Assembly (NCBI GenBank): GCA_023515725.1
Contig: JALDTO010000076.1
Span: 1 to 25,036, forward strand
Direction of reading: 5' to 3'
Source of the DNA: Amoeboaphelidium protococcarum X5
Taxonomy: Eukaryota > Fungi > Aphelidiomycota
Length of the DNA stretch: 25,036 bases
Positions within the stretch are counted from its first letter, which is position 1. Each line of letters opens with the position of its first letter. Shown here piece after piece: positions 1 through 9,123 of the stretch. The notes under the pieces were generated by a model, which ran no database searches, was not told where the DNA came from, and saw only the letters and a list, made by a program, of their open reading frames with translations. A program made the translations under genes and the position numbers.

Positions 1-1030
1 TTCTAACCTTAGCGTGGGAATATTGCGGCATGAGGCGCAGCAGCTCCATGTGGATGTTTGATCATAAATCTGACAAAGCTGAACGGGCAAATTATTCAGA
101 TTAAGATGTTAAAGAGCCGCGATAACTCAAATAACTATGAAGTCTCTAGTCAGCTTCAATTCGTTACTACAGGCCATCATCTCCCATAAACAGATTCCCA
201 TGATTGCGAATTGACCCGCTGGTTGTTTCTCTGCTGGGAAGAGGCTAAGAGTTTTACTACTAACGCAGTCCACTTGTTAACGGAGAAAAATTAACATCCG
301 CAAATGCAGCATCACCGCGCATGGAGGAAGTGGTAGCACCACGGCTCGACAATCGCTGGCGCAACTGATCAAAGCCTTATCTGAGACGCGTCACTCCATG
401 AGCAGAATCACGACCGCCATTCTACATATCTCTCTGGCCATCGCTAGGCAAAGCAAAGCAGTTTATCAGCAATAATTGAACTAAAACAATTTTAAGCGGG
501 ATAATCATCATCATTCTATTGAATATCTTTATACGATAAACTGAAAATTTGCTAGTAAAAAGGGGGCTATCAACACATCGCTTTTGTAAATTCAAACTAC
601 GATGTGTGAACTTTTACACGCGGTCTGTAACGTTACACACGATATGGATGCCACATGTTATAATGTTAATGGAGCCTTGCGCACAGACAATCTATTTTAA
701 GCAAGACGATACAAGAAATTAAATCGATAAAATAACGCGCTAATCAACCAATTTCTCTATTTAAATCTTTATAACCTCATCACTCTTCCTACGGACCCCC
801 CAGCCATCCGTGAAAACTCGGCTCACGACTATTAAGCAAACCAGGATTGTTTCTCAAAATGCGGTTTATGCCGTCATGAGATTAATCCACTAAGTCTTGC
901 AGCTCTTACTGAGTACGTCTCTGCGCCTCTTAAAGTGGAGGCACCTATTATTGAGCGTCCTCATTACTTATCTCGGCTGCAGCTTCCTACAACGCGCGCA
1001 TGACAGGATCATTCAAATAAGACCTCCCAA

Positions 1031-1582
1031 ATGCACCATGATCGTCATTCTGATTCTCTTAAACATTTTCAGTCTCAATATCTTACTATAACTATCTCTG
1101 ATATCCACGGCCAGTGGACGATTGATCGGGAGATGTTATTGCCGGATCCGAAGCCACTCTTCGATATCCTTGACGCGGGCCAGTAGATTGATCTGATCTA
1201 ACAAAGCCAGTCTGTGGAAGCTCTACTTCAGTGCTGGCACCACCAGTATGACCAGCACTGGCTGAGCGACTTGCACCATATAGACGCGTCAGACCACTAG
1301 TTAAAGGCTGAAACTCAACTGTTTGACCACGACGACGATGCGCATTCGCAGGATAGCTATTACCGCTCATTCCTCTGTGCAATGGATAATACTCTTGAGG
1401 CTAAGGCTCGCTATCCAAACTACCAGAAGACGAAGAAAGCAGACCTTGATCATGGTGAGACGGACGTCGTCGCAATCTTTATCTGCTGTTAGAACCACGT
1501 TATGGGTCAGTGGCTAAAGCTCCCACCAGTACAAAGGCGATTATAATTGCTCTAATCATCATTTAAAAGCTTCTATATCTGA
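1031..1582 (+). CDS. Hypothetical protein (~183 aa with TAR=Gln); possibly the 3' part of a longer interrupted frame starting at ATG 602
   Basis: ATG 1031 to TGA 1580-1582 is open when TAA/TAG are read as Gln (MHHDRHSDSLKHF...SFKSFYI). No recognisable domain. With only one stop codon, ORFs of this length can arise by chance. Confidence 0.3.
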
Positions 1583-1981
1583 ATAAATATGTGTTCCAAA
1601 ATTGTGTATTCGTAATGTAAAATGAAGGCGGAGATTTAATTCTAATCATCACAAAAATCACGCACAACACCAACGTGGAACTGTAACCTCCTGATATGAA
1701 ACGGGTGCGAGGCAACCTTGTGTACTAGCTACGTATATATGCTAGACTGTGCATACGATCAGAGCTATAGCTTACGTATTAGTGACTTGTTTTACTGAAT
1801 TATGCTGTACAGGCTTCGTCACGTTTTAATCGGGGAGATTACGTATGGTTGCTAGGCTGATTAATGGATCTTTGCTGGAACAATCCGCTGAACGTAGATC
1901 CTCCGGCAAAGGCAAGATTAGACTACTCTTAGCTTCTTGGTACAATCTCAACTTTTGGGTTACTCTTAAGACTACTACTGC

Positions 1982-3340
1982 ATGTTCACTGCTTTACTGC
2001 TGTCTTTGCTAGGCCTTGTATCAGCTGGTGATGTTATGCCTCGCTTCGCCGGTATTATCAGTTGCGCATCAACGTCTGTAAATTACGCTTCCCAAAAGAT
2101 GTATGCTGCGCGCAATGATGGTTAGGAGTATGCACCTACTATCATGCAAATCAATGGAGTCTATATGAGTGTTGCTAAGCATACTGACTTTTACCATCGC
2201 TTAAGTAGTGTTGCCGCTGTCAGTGAGGACCAAGTGGTCTATGGTGCTAGTTACGTCAATGGTCGAGTCGTGATGCTCTCGTAGGCAAATCTTTAGTCCA
2301 GTAATGTTCAATAGAAGTAAACTGGCTTAAAGTTATAATGGCCTGTGGATGAAATGGGGTATGTAGCGGTTGGAAATGTCAATGGTGGAGCGTATTTTTC
2401 GCTAAACAAAAACTATCGTTTACTTACGGCAGCAACTGTCCTCCTAACTAGTAAGTGTCAATGAGCACTAATGTCGGCGATTGGTAGTCAATACCCAGTG
2501 CTGTTGTATTAAACAGCACTCTTTACGTGATAGGCGTGAGACAGTCCGCATCTGTGATTGCCTCGTTTTTCAGTGAATAGTTGACCATGAAAAAGGTTAT
2601 GCAACTGTCAAATGCTACTACACTGCGCTCTCTGGTTGTCGTTGAAGGTCAAATTTATGCTGCTGGAAGCATTCAACTTAGCAGTAATGAAACTGGACTT
2701 TCATCGACAAGTGATCGTAACGCGTTTTACGGCCAGTTAAACACTGACAGTCTTGCGTTAGTTAACTCCAAGTTGGTTGGTAATCAAACTGCCAATGAAG
2801 TTATTACCACTTCATTTTATGATAAAATCAGTAAGTAGTTGTACTTTGTTGGCTACTCGTCGTAGAATACCTATTCAAATGCTCGTAACTTGATGTACGT
2901 TAGAGTTGGGTTAGAAACCGAAGGCAGTGAGTACAAGTCATTCCGCACTTACGATAATTTAAATGTTGAGCCTAGAAGTATTTCATCTTGGAATGGGACA
3001 GTTGTCATCGTTGGCGAATACACCGGTGTGAGGGGAGGGTTTCATTGCAGTTATAAACAACGGTAGTATCACGAACAATGCGGCTGAATACAACGGTGGG
3101 GGAGTAATAGATCCTGATTACAGAAAGAAGACACCACTGTTTGGTGACGGGACAGTTTTGGCATTACTTATAGCTCTTGTCGCGGGGATACCTGTTTTGA
3201 TGATTATCTGCGCCATTGTCTTCTTCGCGAAGAATCGCACACGCAGTAAGATATCTGCCAATGCAGCTGCCGCGGGGCCTTTGTCTTCGACTCCTACGGG
3301 CAATGCGTACGTTGAGATGGAACCTAATGAGAATCATTGA
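1982..3340 (+). pseudogene. Frameshifted paralog (copy 1) of the adjacent type I membrane protein; pseudogene or assembly indels
   Basis: Starts MFTALLLSLLGLVSAGDVMPRF and is colinear with 3788-5131 over its length. It needs one base added in the A5 run at 2408-2412 (otherwise TGA 2462-2464) and one base removed at TTT 3040-3042 (otherwise TGA 3085-3087). The TM segment VLALLIALVAGIPVLMIICAIVFFA and terminal TGA 3338-3340 are retained. Confidence 0.75.
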
Positions 3341-3787
3341 ATGTCTTAGAATGGTTTTAATTCTATTCAATACTGTTTCACTTTAAGTCTGATTAAATCA
3401 GCTTTAATAAAAACATCATCAGATTGTTTCAACCAAAACTTCATACAAAGCAAATCACAACAAAGTCGAAGCTTGATATCTTTAAAACACCTAGATCGTT
3501 CATGTATATCTTATACAGTAGTAGCCGTAGACATCTAGTACCAACTAGTTTTGATTTTATGACTGAAGTTAATATGGTGCCGCATTTTCTTCCATGGTTA
3601 CCATTCGCTATGTATAGTAACACTCCACCTTAATCTACTGTACGTAGACCTTTCTCTCGTGGTTACCATCTCTAAAGATAGACACACGTATATCTAATCA
3701 ATAGTGAGCGTACAATGACTAGCGTTTTCTCTTTAAAGATCATCTAATTCATAATATAGTGTCTGCTGAATTATACACTGTCAGCTT

Positions 3788-5131
3788 ATGTTCACTGCCC
3801 TGTTGCTGTCTTTGGTTGGCCTTGTATCAGCTGGTGATGTTCCTCGCTTCAATGGCATATCTAGCTGTACCTCAGTGACTGTCGATTACAATGCATCAAA
3901 GATCTATGCTACATGCAACCATGATTATGAGTATGCTCCGGCTATTTTGAAAATTGATGGCGGTCAGATGAGCGTTGCCTAGCACACCCAGTTTTACTAT
4001 CGCTTGAATTGTATTGCTGCTATTGGTGGTGACTAATTGGTATACGGTTCAACGGAGTCTTTCTAAGACTCTGTGATGTTGACGTAGACAAATCGCCTGT
4101 AGAATGTAGTTCAACAATCCAAGACTGGTCTTCCATCAGGTTACTAACCAGGTTAAATGGGATGCTTGATAGCTGTAGAGGCCGGTAGTGGAGTTTACTT
4201 CTTCTTAGGACGAGTATTACTCTACTTTAGGGGATTTAACTCTGCCGTTAATTACTAGTTGGTGGTGAGCCAAGAGGTCAATAGTTGGCAGTAGGTGCTC
4301 AGCGTTGTTTTATTGAACAATACTCTCTACGTTGCTGGAGTTAAAGAGTACAAGTCCATAGTCGCCACTTTTACCGCCGAGTCGTTGAATTTGATAAAGT
4401 CAGTTCATCTGTCGAATGCTACTTCAGTCGAATCTCTAGTCTTAGTAGAAGGTTAGATATACGCTGTTGGAAGCGTGAAAGGTAACAGCACCGACACTGG
4501 TCTGACGTCCAAAAGCAATGAAAACGCATTTTACGGTCAGCTAGATTCGACATCTCTTGCATTATCAAATGCCAAGCTGATCGGTAACTAGACTGCCGTT
4601 GAAGTTCTAACAAGTGCATTTTACGATAAAACTAATAACTCTCTGTACTTGGCTGGTTATTCCTCTTCTGAATCGAAGTAGTATGACCGTAAGTTGATGT
4701 ACGTTAGAGTTGGGTTATAATCCGAAGGCGGCGAGTATTACTCTTTCCGTAATCCTAATAGTGCTAATCTTAGGCCAAAAGGTATTGCGGCGTTGGGCGG
4801 CACTGTGGTAATAGTAGGTGAGTTTCCTGGTGTGTATGGTGGGTTCATTACTGTCATCTAAAATGGTAGCATTATTAATACGGCGTCCGATTACACTGGC
4901 GATGGACTCAAAGATCCTAATTACAGAGATACTTCGTAGTGGGGCGATCCTTCGTTTTGGATATTCTTCTTTATCCTATTATATGGTCTACCGTCGTTAA
5001 TCTTTCTATGTATTGTTGGTTACTGTGTCAAAGTGTGTATTCGACGCCAAGTGTAACCTGCACTTACCGCTTTTTCATAGCCATAACAACCTGGTCCAAA
5101 AAGTGATGGATATATGAAGATGTAAGCTTGA
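3788..5131 (+). CDS. Type I single-pass membrane/surface protein (447 aa): signal peptide, beta-strand-rich (propeller-like) ectodomain, TM helix, short tail (copy 2)
   Basis: Uninterrupted ATG..TGA frame with TAR=Gln. N-terminal MFTALLLSLVGLVSA, blade-like motifs (NTLYVAG, GQIYAVG, NSLYLAG, GTVVIVG), hydrophobic FWIFFFILLYGLPSLIFLCIVGYCV followed by basic residues. The fold is inferred. Confidence 0.88.
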
Positions 5132-5321
5132 ACTTTTTGGAGCTTCCTCAAATGTCGTTTGTTTGAATAATTTGTGATGAATTAAATGAATGGACTTATG
5201 TCCCTTACTACCGCAATCTTTTGTATCTAACGCGTTACAATAGTTAGGTAAAGACAATGGACAATGGGATAAAGATATATCTGAGGATTGAATGACTTAT
5301 TTATCTGTATTAATTTAAAAG

Positions 5322-6122
5322 TCATGACTCAACATCATCATCGATAATTTCTCTAGCAGCAGAGTCGGGCTGTCTGCAATTGGGACAATTACCCGAGATG
5401 GGCAACCATTATTTGATGCAGTCAAAGCAGAAGCAATGCCGACAATCCAGAGACACAGGATCTTTCAAAGTGTTGAGACATACAGCGCAATCATCATGGG
5501 CAGAATCCACAGGTCGCCGCTACCTCAAAAGATTCTCATCAACTTGATACGTCTTGGATTACAAATTTCTCCCGCCATTAAGTGAAGACTATTAAAAATT
5601 CGGATCTTGCAGGCGGCGGTATAAATCAGATAGGTCAATCGGCTGGTGAGTGGCTGAGTTTTATCGACTCGTCTACGGCGTCTCTATGAAACTGTTATGG
5701 TGAAGATACTACCCATATATATCACTCTACTATCTATCAGTCGCGTGTAATAGTTGATCTGATGACGAGCTCTAAGCACTGCCTGTTGCATCATCATCAT
5801 CATCATCATCTATATCAGCGAATACTTCATTTTGAGCCTCTCTAATTTGAACTCTTATCGGACACGTAACATCATCTTCATTGATATCCCACACCGTTTA
5901 CACTGAACCAAACTAACGGGCAGATTACGACGCGCCCAATGGTTAATGACCAGCATTACCAGAATTTCTATCCAGTAGCTCTTACGATAAACTGGTGCCT
6001 ATATAATCTGTAGATCGATATTCAAATGGCGACGTATAGCTGTGCCTTGGTGTATTCACTGGGGCACCTGTAATGTGTGAGATCAGCAGCAACGCGATCA
6101 ACGAAACAATGATAAACAACAT
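5322..6122 (-). CDS. Signal-peptide protein with C-terminal C3HC4 RING finger (266 aa); putative E3 ubiquitin ligase
   Basis: Minus-strand ATG at 6122 to TGA at 5324-5322 with TAR=Gln. Begins MLFIIVSLIALLLISHITG|APVNTP, has a polar/acidic linker with D7, then CAVC-x11-CRHCFCFDC-IKQWLPISGN-CPNC at 5489-5376, which matches RING-HC spacing including the Trp after the sixth ligand. Confidence 0.9.
5790..5810. repeat. (ATC)7 trinucleotide repeat encoding poly-Asp in the RING gene
   Basis: Seven perfect ATC units, read as in-frame GAT x7 on the minus strand. Confidence 0.9.
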
Positions 6123-6594
6123 GATATTCTATCTATAAATTCTAAACTCTTTCTCATAAAAGTTTGAAAGCAGCTTAGCACAAAGCAACTTGAGTCTCGA
6201 TTTGATAGATGATTCATGTGAGTAGCGAAACATCTCTATCTCATTCACAACTGGGCTGACGTCTGCGGCTAAGCCACGTATTAAAGCGGCGCTCCTCGAG
6301 GTTACAATCAATCAGCGAATCTTTTTAAGACGTCCGCATGATAAATATAGCAGTTCAAATGAGCCTTCTTCTAAAGCGGGACTAATTGCACACAAAAGTT
6401 CTTCAAGTTATGCATGTATTTGACTTGAATTATTTTAATTTATTTTCTACTATGATTGAGCGTTATCAGATCGCGTCCTGATCTTAACAATACATTTAGT
6501 ATCATCACTTCATCAACCGCTGATCGCGTTCTCTGAACTTTAAAATAACACCGAAAATTTAAATATAAAAGAAATTTAAAGAATAGACATATTG
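6123..6594. promoter_or_regulatory. Divergent intergenic/promoter region between the RING gene and RPC34, with two GATCGCGT motifs
   Basis: Head-to-head ATGs at 6122 (-) and 6595 (+). GATCGCGT at 6469-6476 and 6522-6529 in an AT-rich context. Confidence 0.5.
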
Positions 6595-7605
6595 ATGGCT
6601 GATAAAATCGAGCAAGTATTAGAAGTTATACAGTAGAGAGCGAATGGAATATCATCGCAGGATATATTGAAGGAGGTGGACGTGAAAGTGGAAGATCTTG
6701 GTGGTATAATCAATCAACTATCAGGCCAGAAGAAAATCACCATCATGACTGGTGATAACAATGAGGTGATCTTGAAAGCTGTAAGTGAATCTGAGCAGTA
6801 GTTGATGAAGCAAATGACTCCCGAAGAGTATGGAATATACACACACGTGCAGGCGTCGGGCGGCAGTGGTATCTGGATGAGGGACATTCTGAACAAGACT
6901 GGCTTTCACAGGTCGGTGGTGACGAAGGCGATCAAGAATTTGATGAATTTGAATTACATCAAGAGTATCACCAACGTGAAATGTCCCACACGAAAGATGT
7001 ATATCTGCTGTGGAGTCACTCCTAACTCCGAGATTGTCGGTGGTATGTTCTACTAAAACTCTACGCTTGATGCAGACCTGGTGAGGTAACTGACTCTGGC
7101 CACGACGCGTTTTATCGCCAGTCAAGATGGCCCTGATGCGCGGGGAAGTAGTTCTATGCTTGCCTCAGTCGGTCATGGCGTATGGAGTCAGAATGGTGGT
7201 TATGGATAATCAAGTGGTGGCAGTAGTGGTTCTGGTAGTAGCAATAATATCTCGCTTGAAGTCCCCACTCACAATGGAGTAACATCCAACTAGATTCTCA
7301 AGTTTGTCAAAGAGTAGACGATATCAGAGATGGAATTATCGCTTGCAGATTTGGAACAGTTGTTGACTATGTTAACCTACGACAGAACTCTCATCCAATA
7401 TCAGGATGGTAATACTGTGAAATGGCGACTGCATCCTCAATCTGCCTAATCTCAACTTAGTAGCGACGGTGGTTCGCACATTAAATTCAACAATTGGAGT
7501 AATTCAAGTCCATGTTCAATGTGCCCTGTTCATAACGAATGTACTCCTGGTGGCATAATCTCGCCACAATCTTGCGTATACATTAAAGATTGGCTGGAGA
7601 TATGA
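6595..7605 (+). CDS. RPC34: DNA-directed RNA polymerase III subunit C34 (RPC6/POLR3F), 336 aa
   Basis: Single frame with TAR=Gln. Winged-helix motifs GIWMRDI...KAIKNL...IKSITNVKCPTRKMY...PNSEIVGGMFY, and C-terminal PCSMCPVHNECTPGGIISPQSCVYIKDWL. Confidence 0.92.
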
Positions 7606-7884
7606 CCATGTATCTTTGTTATTTATTGTATTCAATGAGACAGTATATCCGACAATATTAATGCATGATATTAAATAGCTACAGTATTTCCCACGCTTTA
7701 GTATTAAAAGTCATCTAGTCAACGTCGATCCATCTCCAACAGTGATCGGCGCGCTTTTGTTGTTTCTCTCACGGCTTTTGTTTCTCTTTTCGTTACTGCT
7801 CAGACTTGGTCAATTTAATTACTGTAAATACTTTTGTCAACCTTAGTGCCTATATATTATACTGAACCCTATTGTATATTTAAT

Positions 7885-9123
7885 ATGTCCTCTTCTACAT
7901 TGTATCGTTCAATCTAAAAGAAGAGTTAGTTGTGCAAGTTTATTTAAGAAGATTATGAATCTGCGGTGAAGTACAATGTAAAGTTTTCGGGATCTAAAGA
8001 CTTGAATGGTGACCAGGTGATTATAGTTGACTTGAATGATGATCTTAAACCTCAGGAATTCTATCTTATACTGGAAATTGCCTCAGAATTACATAAACAT
8101 AATAATAGTGATGACCGTGTTGGTAGTGATAGCAGTGAGACCACTGTGGATGGTGTGCAAGTGTAGTAGTAATAATCATAATTAAAAGTTACCATGATTT
8201 TTGATTGTGAGAATCTGACAGCCAGCTATGGTATTAACGTCGCCAATTACTTTGATCATATTAAATAGCTGAATAGAAAGTATCCTCACTGTATCAATGT
8301 GTGCATGTTTGTAAATATGAATTGGATTGTGAAGGGATTCTTCTCCGTATTACCAACATCTAGTAATAGCAGTAATGGTTTGAACATGAACCGAGTAAAG
8401 TTCATCTCCAATTATGATGATATTACAGAGTACATTGATCCTAGTCAGGTGCCAATCAAGTACGGTGGGTACCATCATCTACCTTATGATGATAATGCCG
8501 ACTATTATCAGTTTGTTATGCGTTAGCTGATGGAAATTGATTCTGTCAGAGAGATGGTGGAGCGAATATAATAGGATCAATCAGGATTACCTTTGAATGA
8601 GATCCAGGAGAGTCCTCCGTCATCGGATAATCTTCTCCTGGTGTCTTCTTCTTCATCATCTTTTACTGCTGCTGCAGCTGCTCTTTATCAATCTGGTGAA
8701 GGTGTCGAATCTCTAGCTCTATCTAATGGCCTTAAGAATGCCTACTCTCTATTTGACTCTATGCATCAGGATAGTGAAGATGAATATGTGGATTGCAGAG
8801 ATGATGCCATGAGTGTAATGTCAAGAGAGTAATAGTATCATACTGCCAGATCTTTTCGTAGTAAAGTGTCCGTCCATCCTAATGAGGACCTGTAAGCTGA
8901 TCGTGATGATGATGATGATATTCAGTTGTAGGGTGATGGCAAGATTGGTGGTCGTTATAAGAATACTCTGAACAAGATCAAAAATTGGTTTTGGATTATT
9001 ATCAGATTAGTGCAAAAGTATATAATTTCTAATTTAACAAGTTAGCTATCATTCAAGGAGAAGTTTTTGGCTCTGTTGATTAGTCTAGTCATTCTCAGAC
9101 GTATATATCCGAAGTAGAACTGA
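7885..9123 (+). CDS. Divergent CRAL-TRIO/Sec14-like protein with an acidic FFAT-like region and hydrophobic C-terminus (412 aa)
   Basis: ATG 7885..TGA 9121-9123 with TAR=Gln. Sec14-family motifs MIFDCENL, YPHCINVCMFVNMNWIVKGFF and ITEYIDPSQVPIKYGG, then DSEDEYVDCRDD, and C-terminal KFLALLISLVILRR. Confidence 0.82.

Noticed and set aside
1-544. Open stretches in + frames (about 34-384 and 302-544) as a gene fragment
   Set aside because: No recognisable motif and no consistent frame. Such lengths are expected by chance with a single stop codon, so this is left unannotated.
1100-1200. Imperfect direct repeat (GATATCC...GGCCAGT...GATTGATC, twice)
   Set aside because: Only two degenerate copies, with no array, spacers, terminal repeats or transposase. 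Not a CRISPR or mobile element.
6781-6801. GTAAGT...TAG in RPC34 as a 21-nt mini-intron
   Set aside because: It reads through in frame (VSESEQQ) in the linker between the winged helices and is much shorter than the two supported introns.
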